From Trichormus azollae HNT15244 (GTDB taxonomy: Bacteria > Cyanobacteriota > Cyanobacteriia > Cyanobacteriales > Nostocaceae), in the NCBI RefSeq assembly GCF_039871975.1, contig NZ_JBDPLL010000001.1: 40,000 bases of DNA. One strand, given 5' to 3'. This document shows, in pieces, positions 20,626-31,056 of this stretch. The position numbers and the translations under genes were made by a program. Every line of letters begins with the position of its first letter. The stretch's first letter is position 1. The notes under the pieces are model-generated. The model did not search any database. It was not told the origin of the DNA and worked only from the letters and a program-made list of their open reading frames with translations.

Positions 20626-21183
20626 AAAGCCAATATCTATAAGGATTTGGGTAAGATTTTGATTTATTTTACTATATATTCATCATGTACTCAAACACTC
20701 CCCAAATCTTGCCAAAGGCGATAATTTACAAGGATTTGAGGTGGAAAAACTGGAGTAGGATAAGCCGTACTACTCCAGATACGTGCGAAATTCAATTCTG
20801 TATACAACATATCATTTTTTTTGAGGTAAAAATGCAGTTCATATTCTTTTAAGTTTTCAATGATTAATAATCTAAATTGCACTTTTAATCCATGTTGAAT
20901 CAGGATGATGGCTTTAATAAAAGCATAACTCTTAATGCAGATTATTTGCAAGTAATTTATTTTTTAGAGCTTTTTTGTTAGTTCTCACGTTTTTAAAGCT
21001 GTTGAAGAATGAGAAATAATATCAAATTAAGAAATAGTGAATAGGGAAAGAAATTAATCGTACTGAACATTCAGCGATCACCTATGGCTGACGCCACCCT
21101 AGGTTATTGGCGGTGAGCGGAGCGCAATCACTACACTGTAATTATGGCGAACAAACATAGTGTAGAAAAACAGGGGTGGAGCC

Positions 21184-22125
21184 ATGAAAGCTATTGTGAT
21201 CCGTCGTTATGGTTCTGCGGATGTGCTGAATTTCCAAGAGGTGGAACAACCAAAAATTAAGCCTGATCAGTTACTTGTAAAAGTTCATGCTAGTAGTGTT
21301 AATCCCATTGACTGGAAAACCCGTAAGGGGATGTTAAGTATTTTGACCGGGAATAAATTCCCGCTAATTCTGGGTTTTGATGTGGCTGGGGAAGTCGTCG
21401 CAATTGGTTCACAAGTGACGCGCTTCAAAGAAGGAGATGCTATTTATGGCAGCACCAGCTTTCCTGGAGGCGCTTATGCGGAATTTGCCGCAATTTTAGA
21501 CAATTTAGCGGCTCCCAAACCCAACAACTTGAGTTATGCAGAAGCAGCCACCATACCATTAGCGGCGCTAACTGCTCTACAAGCCCTGCGAGACTTGGGC
21601 AACATCAAATCAGGTCAGAATGTATTGGTTAATGGTGCTTCAGGCGGTGTGGGCATTTTTGCGGTGCAAATTGCTAAGGCGTTGGGGGCTGAAGTGACTG
21701 GTGTTTGCAGTTCTAAAAATTTGGATTTGGTCAAATCTCTGAATGCAGATTTTGTTATTGATTATACGCATCAGGACTTTACAGAAGGTAATGTGCAGTA
21801 CGATATTATATTTGATGCAGTTGCTAAACGAGCATTTTCTAATTGCCGAAAAGTTTTAAAGGCAAATGGGGTTTATGTTTCTACCCTTCCTACAGCGGAA
21901 GTAATTGTACAGGGTTTTTTAACTATGTTCCTTCCTGGTCAAAAAGTGAAATTTGTGTTAGAGAAGCCTAATAGTCAAGATTTGGTTTATTTAAAAGAGT
22001 TAATTGAAACAGGTAAAATGCGAACAGTGATTGATCGCACATATCCTCTGGAAGAATTAGCGGCTGCTCATGAGTATAGCGAAGGTGAGCGCACAGTAGG
22101 TAAGATTGCGATCGTACTGAGTTAG
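21184..22125 (+). CDS. NAD(P)H-dependent medium-chain dehydrogenase/reductase (quinone oxidoreductase-like)
   Basis: 313 aa. VKVHASSVNPIDWK, GFDVAGEVVAIG, the Rossmann loop VLVNGASGGVGIFAVQIAK, and the C-terminal GKIAIVL. Confidence 0.85.
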   Translation: MKAIVIRRYGSADVLNFQEVEQPKIKPDQLLVKVHASSVNPIDWKTRKGMLSILTGNKFPLILGFDVAGEVVAIGSQVTRFKEGDAIYGSTSFPGGAYAEFAAILDNLAAPKPNNLSYAEAATIPLAALTALQALRDLGNIKSGQNVLVNGASGGVGIFAVQIAKALGAEVTGVCSSKNLDLVKSLNADFVIDYTHQDFTEGNVQYDIIFDAVAKRAFSNCRKVLKANGVYVSTLPTAEVIVQGFLTMFLPGQKVKFVLEKPNSQDLVYLKELIETGKMRTVIDRTYPLEELAAAHEYSEGERTVGKIAIVLS

Positions 22126-22502
22126 GATTTCTATTTGATATCAAATCCGTTTTCATATATCTGGTAATTGGTAACTGGTAATTCGGTAGAGGACAAAGTT
22201 TATGATTTCTAATGAAGCGGACTTGGTATGATTTGTGAAGAATAGACATCCTCAATGTTGAGATGACAAATTGTAAGAATTCAGGAGTCACGAACAACTT
22301 TTTCAGCAAGCCCTAGGTATTTTTAGCGTTAGCTTGAAAAAGCTGACTGCTGATGGCTGTTCGCGTAGTGTGCCGTTAGGTATTAGCTGAATGCTTATCA
22401 CAAATTTTATAAGTTTTTCAAAAAGTTATCTTGTTACTGAGAACAAATTGAGAATTTTTAGTTAACCTTTAAAAAATACTACTCAAAATCATTAAACGGG
22501 TT

Positions 22503-23254
22503 ATGCACAGGTTATTATCTGGACCGTTGACGACAGAAAAACTAAGGGTTAAGATTGCGGGTTTACCTGCATCATTACAAGGTAAAAAACTGGTGCAGAT
22601 GTCAGATTTTCATTACGATGGTTTGCGATTGTCAGATAAAATGCTAGAAAGAGCGATCACCATCTGTAACTAAGCACAACCAGATTTAGTTATATTAACT
22701 GGTGACTATGTAACCATAACTCTAGAACCTATTCATCAACTCGCAAAACATTTCAAAAATTTAGAAAGGAATTGTGGGATTTATGCTGTACTTGGCAACC
22801 ATGATATATGTTATGGAAATTCCAAATTACAAATTACAACAGGACTAGAAAATATTGGTATTAATCTCCTGTGGAATCAAATAGCTTATCCACTAGGAAA
22901 TGAATTACCGTTGGTAGGATTAACAGACTTTTTATCCAAAGAATTTAATCCCGCACGAGTCATGAACCAGCTATATAATAGTCTGTCCATACTCATGGAG
23001 GAAAAATTATCATTCCTGGACTTGGACATGGGTTAGTTACTTACTATAAAATAGTGGAAACAATACCCATTAAATTACGTCGGCGAGTACCATTGCTGAG
23101 AAAAAATTACTTTGTAGTCCCACATTGGGAATGCTCACAAGGGTTACATCAATTAGGCAAGAATCAACTATATGTAAATAGGGGTTTAGGAACTTATCTC
23201 CCAGGACGTTTCTTTTGTCCACCAGAAGTTATAATCATAACTTTAATAAATTAA
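22503..23254 (+). pseudogene. Calcineurin-like metallophosphoesterase, disrupted
   Basis: MHRLLSGP...LVQMSDFHYDG, then an in-frame TAA at about 22670, LVILTGDYV, VLGNHD, a frame change at about 22980 (HTHGGK region), and ending LYVNRGLGTYLPGRFFCPPEV. Confidence 0.8.
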
Positions 23255-23770
23255 TCATCTCCTCCATTCCTTACCATGATCAAAATCGTTGTAAATTACG
23301 ACAGATAGAAGTCAGTAAAATACAGCGATTTATTGGTGAAATAATAATGCAATAAAATGAGAAAATCCGAATTAATGATATCAACTAAGGTGGACAAACT
23401 TTGTAATCTACCAATCAGAACTGTGCATCTTTCATTCCAACTAGGCAGGCATTTCTGGCTGTGCGTTCAAAAACCTCCAATAACAATTAAATGAAATCAA
23501 GGGGAAAGCACTAGCAAGCCACAACCTAACAGTGATTACGATAACATTAGAGCAGGAGGCTCAAGCTCTAAGTCAGGTATTTATAAGAAAATTTTTTCTG
23601 AAACTTTTAACCTTTGTGTACCTTGCTTTTAATCTGTCATTAATTTTTTTCTCTGTGCAGTATTTTACTAAACTTGAATTTTGTTAACCTATTGCAATAA
23701 TTGTGAAATCTTTCTTAATCTTATGGCTATTTATTCCTATTTTTGCAGTATCTCTGAATGCAATTTGGTA

Positions 23771-23964
23771 TCAACTACCACCACTAGTAACGCCACCAGT
23801 GCGACGGGGATCAGCGGCGGCTGATAAACCAGGAAACCAAGTTGAGGATGCCATAGAGTAGCCTGAACTCCCCCAAAATACATAGAATGTTTGGGTAAAC
23901 GATGGGTGATAAGTCTTTCTATTTCTTGAATGCCAATACCTGCTTCAATGACTATAGAACCCAT
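23771..23964 (-). pseudogene. Gamma-glutamyltransferase C-terminal stub with a frameshift
   Basis: GSIVIEAGIGIQEIERL...YFGGVQA, then after a frame change SAAADPRRTGGVTSGGS stop. The rest of the gene is missing; an IS5-like fragment abuts it. Confidence 0.65.
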
Positions 23965-23971
23965 TTGGGAT

Positions 23972-24336
23972 CTATGAAGTAGCTAATCTTCGGAGGATAA
24001 GTCTGACAAAACAGAGATGAATCTTAGTCGTCGCATTTTCCAAAGTTATTTCAAAATTTTTGACCAAGCTTTTACAGCGTTCCATCCAAGCATTACTTCT
24101 TTCAATTACCCATCTGGCTTTAACTGGCAGAAAACCAGACTTCCCTTGCTTGGCCTTTTTCTCCTGGGATGGTTTAGGAGACAATTGAAATTAAATTGTA
24201 CTCATGATTTCTGGATCAACCAAGACTAACTCTGCTTCTAGTTTGTCAGGATGATAACCGTTGTCTAAAAGAATTGTCGTTTTAGGCAGTTCCACTGGTT
24301 TTGATTTGAAGAAGTCGATATCAATTGTCAACATCT
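23972..24336 (-). mobile_element. IS5-family transposase, C-terminal fragment only
   Basis: ILLDNGYHPDKL, then an internal stop, then GFLPVKARWVIERSNAWMERCKSLVKNFE...CFVRLILRRL, the typical IS5 C-terminus. Confidence 0.7.
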
Positions 24337-24399
24337 AAATCAGCCCTTGGTCATCAGAAATATTAGCCTGAGTACAGTGAGTAGAAAAGAGAAAGCCGA

Positions 24400-24732
24400 G
24401 AATATCTACTGCCAGATGCCTTTTGATAGCGTTCGTGGAGTTGTAAAAACAAAACCCCTTGGTCTGAACTATCTAGAATTATTTATCCTTTGCTGCTTCA
24501 ATTTCATATCCGATGCAGTGATAGCATAAAATTAGTTGAGGTTAATACCGCGCAAAATTTTAAACTATCTAGTACTTATAGGCTTAAGTCCCTACCAACT
24601 TTATTACTAATTAAAAATGGTATTGTTAAGGAGCGTTTAGAAGGATTTAGGTCACGAGACGATTTAGGTCTGGCACTAGAAAACATTCAACTCAATTATA
24701 ACAGTATTTACCAAAAAAAATGGATATGCTAA
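24400..24732 (+). pseudogene. Thioredoxin with frameshift and degenerate active site
   Basis: The C-terminal half is IKLVEVNTAQNFKLSSTYRLKSLPTLLLIKNGIVKERLEGF. The expected WCGPC position reads PWSELS, and the N-terminal part is in another frame. Confidence 0.6.
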
Positions 24733-24912
24733 AGATTACAGGTCAAAATTACAGGATCATAGGATCTTGAGTTTGTAAAGTTGTAAGACTACCTAGTAAT
24801 TGTGTTAATTCTGTGATTAAGTACCTGAGCAAAATTAATTGAATTTTTTTGGAAAAAATAAAAATCTCTGTAGTGTTTATCTGTTAGCTGTTCCCTCTGC
24901 CAAATGCAAAAT

Positions 24913-25158
24913 TTATTTTGCACGACTACTTAATCCTCTATTGAAGGTTGAATGTGATTTACTTTTTGCAGCCATCTGAATTATTTCACCTCTAATTAAC
25001 TTAACTCGCTCATCTTCTCTAAAAAAGCAGAGTTTCGCTAGACGATGATATTCAGCTATAGTGAAGCGTTTAGCAGTAACTACCGACATAAAAGTTACCG
25101 AAAAATTGGGTTTAGAGCAAGTAAATTTTTGTAAACTATGAGTAACAATCCCCGACAT
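24913..25158 (-). pseudogene. Uma2-family (DUF820) endonuclease, N-terminal fragment
   Basis: FTIAEYHRLAKLCFFREDERVKLIRGEIIQMAAKSKSHS matches the Uma2 N-terminal motif. It is far too short for the family. Confidence 0.6.
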
Positions 25159-25200
25159 TTTAGGTCGGGGAATATGTCAACCTACGGACGTGAATAAATA

Positions 25201-25974
25201 CTACTTAATTGCAGCCCTTAATGTTGTGAGAGTTTTACCAATTGCCACAAAGTTTGAGTTGTGTGAAAGTTGCTGAAGAGTTGCTGGATCGCTTTCTAGA
25301 ACAATCTTGTTATAGATATTAATAGTTTCGTTCAGTTTGTCAGCGTTAACAGTTACTGCTTCATTAGTCTTAGCGATAGTTAAACCAGCTTTTGACGCTT
25401 TAATGCTGGCTACTAACCGTGCCTGTGATGACTCAAGTGAAGGAAGACTGGACGTACTATAAGAACGGGGGAATTTGATAATCTGAGATGCGGTATCTGT
25501 TAATTCTTTTGCTAATTGTGGAGAAAGCCCATTTGAAATTAAGGATGCTTGCAGTCTATTAGTGTTAATTGGTAAGAATATAGCAGCACGACCACTACCA
25601 AGTATACCAGCAGCAGCATTATTCAACTCATGTACAGCCGTAGGTGAAAGGTCAATACGTAGAGAACCATCCGCTGCTTTTGTGACAATGACATTAGGCG
25701 TAGCTCCGCTTGCAGATCCTGCTACGCCTTTACTGGGTGATAAAACAGGGTTATTATTTGAGCCAGTGTTTCCACCTCCACTCCCAGAACCTGCTGTACC
25801 TTTACTGGGTGATGAAATAACTGTACCACCAGAGCCAGTGTTTCCACCTCCACTTGCAGAACCTGCTGTACCTTTACTTGGTGAATTAGTTTGAGCTTGA
25901 TTTGTTAACTGCCAAGTAAACGAGATTAAAGGTGTCAGAAGGAGGGCAATAACAAATGTTCTGATTTTCAACAT
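25201..25974 (-). CDS. Secreted protein of unknown function with three Gly/Ser-rich SPSKG repeats
   Basis: 257 aa. Signal-like N-terminus MLKIRTFVIALLLTPLISF. Repeats are SPSKGTAGSASGGGNTGSGG / SPSKGTAGSGSGGGNTGSNN / SPSKGVAGSASG. It lies 32 nt downstream of the beta-barrel gene. Confidence 0.7.
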   Translation of the reverse strand: MLKIRTFVIALLLTPLISFTWQLTNQAQTNSPSKGTAGSASGGGNTGSGGTVISSPSKGTAGSGSGGGNTGSNNNPVLSPSKGVAGSASGATPNVIVTKAADGSLRIDLSPTAVHELNNAAAGILGSGRAAIFLPINTNRLQASLISNGLSPQLAKELTDTASQIIKFPRSYSTSSLPSLESSQARLVASIKASKAGLTIAKTNEAVTVNADKLNETINIYNKIVLESDPATLQQLSHNSNFVAIGKTLTTLRAAIK

Positions 25975-26006
25975 GGTTATTCTCTAAATTGTAAATGTTG
26001 AAGCGT

Positions 26007-27152
26007 TTATTTAGGCAGGAAATTGAAACCATAGCCCACTGTCATAAGAAATACAGTACCGCCTGCACTGTTATCCGTGAGATCAGCACCTTGGAGAGTA
26101 ATAGTCAAAGGAATGGTAGGCACAGGGACTAATGAAATCCCGGCATTTAAACCGACTCCACTCCAACCCAGACCTATACCTAACTGGGGATGAACTTGCA
26201 GACCCATTCCTACAAATATACCTGTACTCTCATTACCTTGTCGGAAGTCGCCACCGCCTGCTCCTATAGAAAACGAGATGGCCATTGGATTGACAGGATT
26301 GTTAGCCTGTAAAAGAGAATATGTGGTGAGTACACCATAGGCACTGGAAGGTCTAATACCTTCATTACCGTACTGGGCAAATGTATTCCAGCCACCAGCT
26401 ACAGCAACTTGAGTGTTGCCTTGAACATAGACAACGCGGTGAGCTTTGAAGTCAAAAGTGCCGTTATAACCGAAGTTTTTGATACTACCGTTGTTGAAGG
26501 TGAATTCCAAACCAATCAGGTTGTAGGCATCTCCTAAACCAAAACCTGCACTCATACTTGCGTCTGGGTCTCCGTTCCTACTCTTACCTGCTGTAGCGCC
26601 CGATCCTACTACAAATAAGTCACCCCAGTCCGCCCCGAAAGCACTCGGAGCGCCAAAACTGAGTCCAGGTTGATAGGTGCCCTTAGGTGGAGGAGTTATT
26701 TTAACAAGGGGTTCAATTAATAAATCCTGGTGTGATTTATTAACATCTAATTTATCACCCGCACTAGTTGAGGCATCTATCTGTTGAGTGATAGTCTGGG
26801 GCTGAGTAGGAGAAAGTTTCTTGGCTTTACCAAAGGTATCACCCAAGCTGGTTGAGGTATCTATCTGTTGGGTGATAGTCTGTAGTTTTTTGAACTGAAT
26901 CAAAGGTTGATTAAGTTCAACAGCTAGCTGTTGGGATTTTTGGCTGATATATTCAGTTGATTTTGTGTTTTGCTCAGTCGCTAATTCCTTGCTTGAGGCA
27001 TCAGTAACTGATCTATCAACCGCAGATGCAGATCTAATAGCAACAGATGTAGATAGGAAAAGGCAACCAAATAGATTTATTCCCATCAACAGCAGCCAAT
27101 TAGCGGAAATTACATTGGCAAATTGGCATTTAGTCAAAGTTATAGTCCTCAC
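26007..27152 (-). CDS. Putative outer-membrane beta-barrel protein with N-terminal tandem repeat
   Basis: The likely start is MGINLFGCLFLSTSVAIRSASA (Met at 27086), which looks like a signal peptide. QTITQQID(T/A)STS(L/A)GD occurs twice (DNA copies 26767..26798 and 26851..26882). The Gly-rich C-terminal 230 aa alternates hydrophobic and polar residues, ending GYGFNFLPK. Confidence 0.65.
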   Translation of the reverse strand: MRTITLTKCQFANVISANWLLLMGINLFGCLFLSTSVAIRSASAVDRSVTDASSKELATEQNTKSTEYISQKSQQLAVELNQPLIQFKKLQTITQQIDTSTSLGDTFGKAKKLSPTQPQTITQQIDASTSAGDKLDVNKSHQDLLIEPLVKITPPPKGTYQPGLSFGAPSAFGADWGDLFVVGSGATAGKSRNGDPDASMSAGFGLGDAYNLIGLEFTFNNGSIKNFGYNGTFDFKAHRVVYVQGNTQVAVAGGWNTFAQYGNEGIRPSSAYGVLTTYSLLQANNPVNPMAISFSIGAGGGDFRQGNESTGIFVGMGLQVHPQLGIGLGWSGVGLNAGISLVPVPTIPLTITLQGADLTDNSAGGTVFLMTVGYGFNFLPK

Positions 27153-27480
27153 ACTCTTATGTACTTAAATTATTCAAATAAGAGGATGTTTTAAAAGTAC
27201 CGAAAGGTAGAATTTATCGTTATTTTTGGGATTAGATACAACGGCAAATTAAGGTTAAATTCATATACCTATAGGAGTGATTGTGCTAATTTTGATAGTA
27301 AAATACCCCTTTTAAATATCCTCTAATATAACATATATACAGACCTTAATTAAACACCTCCGGGAAAGAATGTAAAGACGAAAATTTCTAGATTAAGGAC
27401 GTCTGTAGAAGGGTTATATAAAACACATATTTATTTGTCTTCAGATATCTATTATGTATATTTATGCTCATAAAGTACTA

Positions 27481-28083
27481 TTATTCTCTAATTTTAGCCT
27501 CGTCATTGTGGGCTTTTTTCACTATCCTTCCACTTTTAAGACATCCTTTTAAATGGTTGTCTAACAAAGAGGCAATTGCATCTGGATGATTTTTTTTGTA
27601 CTGCTTTTTACCCAATATCAAAACACAACTGGGTGCGCTGCTACAACGTTTTTGACAGTCGGTATGTTCAATTTTTACTTTGTCCAACAAACCGCGATCG
27701 CACAGGGTTTTTTCTAACTGTGATAATAACCCCTTACCACCTTGTTTAATACAACCAGATTTTTGACAAACCATAATCTTGGCTGTAGTTTCTGGTAGAT
27801 GATTATGAATTGGACAACAAGCAACTGGTTGCACTCGATAAGCTATGAGTTTCAGTTTACTTGTCCGTGGGTTTAATTTACTGATAGCACTCACGCGAAT
27901 TTGTTCACCAGGCACTAAAGTAGAAACCAGGGAACAACGCAAATCTTTAGGTAATTTTATTTTTACCTCTCCTGAGGGAATTACCAACTGCAAATGTTTA
28001 TATTTTTCTGGTTTATCACCAATAAATCCTAAAAACTGTCCTTTCAAATTCAATTCCGATAACGTCTGGTACTTTTCACCCAT
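27481..28083 (-). CDS. Thioredoxin-like [2Fe-2S] ferredoxin-domain protein with an extra N-terminal domain
   Basis: 200 aa. The C-terminal half has VCQKSGCIKQGG...TDCQKRCSSAPSCVLILG, the Cys pattern of thioredoxin-like [2Fe-2S] ferredoxins. The N-terminal 100 aa are unassigned. Confidence 0.6.
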   Translation of the reverse strand: MGEKYQTLSELNLKGQFLGFIGDKPEKYKHLQLVIPSGEVKIKLPKDLRCSLVSTLVPGEQIRVSAISKLNPRTSKLKLIAYRVQPVACCPIHNHLPETTAKIMVCQKSGCIKQGGKGLLSQLEKTLCDRGLLDKVKIEHTDCQKRCSSAPSCVLILGKKQYKKNHPDAIASLLDNHLKGCLKSGRIVKKAHNDEAKIRE

Positions 28084-28117
28084 ATTGATAACTCAAATTT
28101 GCAGTAGAAAATAATAA

Positions 28118-28135
28118 ACCCCACGTTCCCGGGGT
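28118..28135 (-). terminator. Possible terminator after nifT
   Basis: On the minus strand, ACCCC GGGAACGT GGGGT is followed by TTATTATTTTC. The stem is only 5 bp. Confidence 0.4.
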
Positions 28136-28222
28136 AATGTTGCTGATCTAAAGAAAGAAGGAAGAGGAAAAATATATTTTGATATCTTTACCTATTACCT
28201 TCTATACTAATTCGTGATAATT

Positions 28223-28426
28223 TTAGGCGAGGCGTTTAGCTTCTACTGTTAGGGGTAAACTTTCCTTAGTTGGAATTTCACTAAATTCTAATTCCCAACC
28301 ATTAGCTAAAGTGAGAACTTTACCTGCATCACTATCTGTTTGTTTAACAACTTCTTCTTCTAGGTCTTTTTTAGCGACATAGACAACCAATGTTCCAGCA
28401 TTATTCATCCGTAGCATTACTTTCAT
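28223..28426 (-). CDS. nifT: NifT/FixU
   Basis: 67 aa. [26 protein letters not shown]...LANGWELEF. Confidence 0.9.
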   Translation of the reverse strand: MKVMLRMNNAGTLVVYVAKKDLEEEVVKQTDSDAGKVLTLANGWELEFSEIPTKESLPLTVEAKRLA

Positions 28427-28688
28427 TTTTTTCCTCAGCAGATTCTAGTTCTATTTTCCGACAACCTATGATGTACCCTGTATCTAAGAAATGCACGGCA
28501 TATATATAGTAAGCTTGCAAAAAAGTTCCTATACTTGCCACATAACCAACGTCTCCAATTCTTGCTAATACTTCACCAATTTCTCTACCGACAAAAGTAC
28601 CATCGTTTTTGATTAGTTTCTTAACTCGGACTTTTTGACCAATTTCAAAAACTGGTTGTGAGTTAAGTTCTATTTCATCGCGTTGCAT
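28401..28688 (-). CDS. nifZ: NifZ
   Basis: Start set to [22 protein letters not shown] (Met at 28688). KNDGTF...GDVGYV...YAVHF is the typical NifZ pattern. It overlaps nifT by 26 nt and nifV by 14 nt. Confidence 0.85.
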   Translation of the reverse strand: MQRDEIELNSQPVFEIGQKVRVKKLIKNDGTFVGREIGEVLARIGDVGYVASIGTFLQAYYIYAVHFLDTGYIIGCRKIELESAEEKNESNATDE

Positions 28689-29808
28689 GGGAATACCTCT
28701 GTTCACTTACTAAATTCAATAACTCTTCTGTGGTGAGACTGCGTTTTTTTAGTGTTGATTGTAAGCGCACTGCATCTAACACAGACTGGGTTTCTTCTGA
28801 GTTTAAAAAGATCCCGTACTGTTGTAACAAGTTAGATAATAAATGCCTTCCAGAATGTTTACCTACTACTAAACGACGTTCCCAACCTACTTCTTCTGGT
28901 GAAAATGGTTCATAGGTTTCTGGGTTTTTGAGTACACCATGAGCATGAATTCCAGACTCGTGAGCAAAGGTATTTTCACCAACAATTGCTTTCCAAGGTG
29001 GGACCTTTGCACCTGATGCAGCAGCAACTAATTGAGATAGTCCTAATAAATGTCGAGTATCAATTCCTAAATCAACACCATAGATACATTTTATTGCCAT
29101 GACAACTTCTTCTAAAGCTGCATTTCCTGCTCTTTCACCTAAACCATTAACAGTGGTATTAACAGAAGTTGCTCCGGCTTTAATACCGGCAATAGCGTTG
29201 GCAGTTGCTAGTCCAAAATCATTATGGGTGTGAATCTCTACAGGAATTGATAAAGTAGATACTAATCGCTTAACTTTGAGGTGAGTTCCAAAGGGATCAA
29301 GAACTCCAACTGTATCGCAAAAACGAAATCTTGATGCACCCCATTCTTGAGCGTATAATGCAACATCCTCGAGGAAGTTTTCATCAGATCTAGAAGAATC
29401 TTCTCCTCCTACTGCAACCCAAAGACCATTATCAACTGCGAAGCCAATACAGTCTTTGAGTCTTTGTAAACTTACTCTCCATTGACCATGAAATTTAGCA
29501 GCGATTTGTATACCAGAAACGGGAATAGCAATATGTATTCTTTCCAATCCACAGGCAATAGAAGCTTTAATATCTGAGATAACAGCGCGGTTCCAACCTA
29601 GTAATTTAGCATCTAAATCTAAGTCAGCAATTGCTTGAATTGCACGAATTTCTTCTTCTCCCATTGCGGGTATACCGACTTCTAATTCAGGAACACCAAT
29701 GGCATCAAGAAATTGTGCGATTGCTACTTTTTCTTCTAAGTTAAAAGCAACACCTGCTGCTTGTTCTCCATCACGCAATGTAGTATCATTAATAATGATT
29801 TGACTCAT
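28675..29808 (-). CDS. nifV: Homocitrate synthase NifV
   Basis: Start set to [16 protein letters not shown] (ATG 29808..29806). Contains [16 protein letters not shown]. The 38-residue hydrophobic extension in the track ORF is unsupported. Confidence 0.93.
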   Translation of the reverse strand: MSQIIINDTTLRDGEQAAGVAFNLEEKVAIAQFLDAIGVPELEVGIPAMGEEEIRAIQAIADLDLDAKLLGWNRAVISDIKASIACGLERIHIAIPVSGIQIAAKFHGQWRVSLQRLKDCIGFAVDNGLWVAVGGEDSSRSDENFLEDVALYAQEWGASRFRFCDTVGVLDPFGTHLKVKRLVSTLSIPVEIHTHNDFGLATANAIAGIKAGATSVNTTVNGLGERAGNAALEEVVMAIKCIYGVDLGIDTRHLLGLSQLVAAASGAKVPPWKAIVGENTFAHESGIHAHGVLKNPETYEPFSPEEVGWERRLVVGKHSGRHLLSNLLQQYGIFLNSEETQSVLDAVRLQSTLKKRSLTTEELLNLVSEQRYSHATR

Positions 29809-30010
29809 CTCAAACATTCCTCTAGCCGAGTTTTTACTAATACCCTTTAACGCTACAATTTCTAGTAATGATAGATGTAAAACAAATATTAAAAATTTTA
29901 AAATAAATGCTAAAAATAGCACCAGTTACTAAATACACTTGACAATATTTAATTATTGCTCAAGAACTCCCAGCATATCTGTATGGCAGAAAACCAAATT
30001 TTGGTTTCAT

Positions 30011-30130
30011 TTATAAAGTCTTCTTTCTGTAAGAATTTGGATTCTCTACAAATAGGCAGTAGCTAATATAGCTATTCGCAAGTCCCGTGAATAATAAGAT
30101 ACTGAGTCCAGCAATTAAACTACCAATCAT
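30011..30130 (-). CDS. Candidate 39-aa hydrophobic peptide (below the track cutoff)
   Basis: MIGSLIAGLSILLFTGLANSYISYCLFVENPNSYRKKTL. GAGG lies 8 nt upstream of the ATG. It has one predicted TM helix plus a basic tail. No homology knowledge is available. Confidence 0.3.
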   Translation of the reverse strand: MIGSLIAGLSILLFTGLANSYISYCLFVENPNSYRKKTL

Positions 30131-30297
30131 AGTAGCAACCTCAACTTTTGAGAATAATTGTTAGGTGGTATAAGCAATTTATCTCTCACAAATAGTCGCT
30201 TCACCTCTAAGTGTATAAATTTAAATTGACATCTAAAGCTAGATGAAGAACTTATTCCATAAGCATTTTTAATTTTGAATCTTGAATTTTCAATGGT

Positions 30298-30495
30298 TTA
30301 AGCGTGTTCTGCTAACCAATCAAAAATCTTTTCTAGTTGTTCTAAATTAATGAAGCCATACTGCCAAAGTAGCATAGGGATGGGTCCTTTATCTAATTCG
30401 CGGTGTCGCAAAGCAACAGCAATATCCGCTTTTGAAAGTTCCAGTTCATTATGCAAAAATTGAAGTAACTGTTTATCGCTGTTCCGGTGTACCAT
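30298..30495 (-). CDS. DUF2949-type small cyanobacterial protein
   Basis: 65 aa. LLQFLHNELELSKADIAVALRH...PIPMLLWQYGFINLEQLEKIFDWL. Confidence 0.7.
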   Translation of the reverse strand: MVHRNSDKQLLQFLHNELELSKADIAVALRHRELDKGPIPMLLWQYGFINLEQLEKIFDWLAEHA

Positions 30496-30822
30496 AATCT
30501 GACTTTGAAAATACCAAACTAGACGAAATTACAAAATGCTAACCCCAAGAATAATTAATAACTCCACTCTGTTTAGGAAGAAAATATGTCAGAGAAGTCT
30601 GAGATTTAGTAGAGTGAGTGAAACCTAAGCTTAGGTTAATTTCTTACAATCAGCAAGCTCATTTGTGAGTGAGCAATAACTTCGAGTTTTTCTGAGTATA
30701 AATCATGCTTGGATCATCAATTCTGATCTCATATTGTATTGGTTAGACATTTTTAAACTTGGCAATTATCATAATTAATGCCAATTTAAGATTGTGGATG
30801 TTGGATTTGGATTGGAGATGAT

Positions 30823-31053
30823 TTAACTGTGACACCAACAACCTTCTAACCATTCCACCAACTCACAACGAGAAGCTAAAAATTGAATGACTATACTGCG
30901 GACAAGAATTGCTTCTTGCAAACTATTGACTTGTACTCGCAAAGAACCATCTGGAAGACAGGAACAAGTAATCATTAATTCTTGCAAACGGTGATAAATT
31001 TGCCATCTATCACTTAAAGGAATCTGCAAAACTTGTTCACCAAGTGACAACAT
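30823..31053 (-). CDS. Small conserved cyanobacterial protein (resembles the Asr1405/Asl0597 family)
   Basis: 76 aa. DRWQIYHRLQELMITCSCLPDGSLRV...CELVEWLEGCW. It lies 4 nt after cysE. The family name is recalled, not searched. Confidence 0.55.
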   Translation of the reverse strand: MLSLGEQVLQIPLSDRWQIYHRLQELMITCSCLPDGSLRVQVNSLQEAILVRSIVIQFLASRCELVEWLEGCWCHS

Positions 31054-31056
31054 AAT

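Noticed and set aside
20691-20951. 86-aa minus-strand ORF upstream of the nifB regulatory region.
   Set aside because: It is very AT-rich with no recognisable family, and its 3' end overlaps the third TGTACTCA box. It is more likely non-coding promoter-distal DNA or an unrecognisable relic.
21968-22309. 113-aa minus-strand ORF overlapping the 3' end of the dehydrogenase gene.
   Set aside because: It overlaps a well-supported gene on the opposite strand and continues into STRR repeat DNA. No motifs are present.
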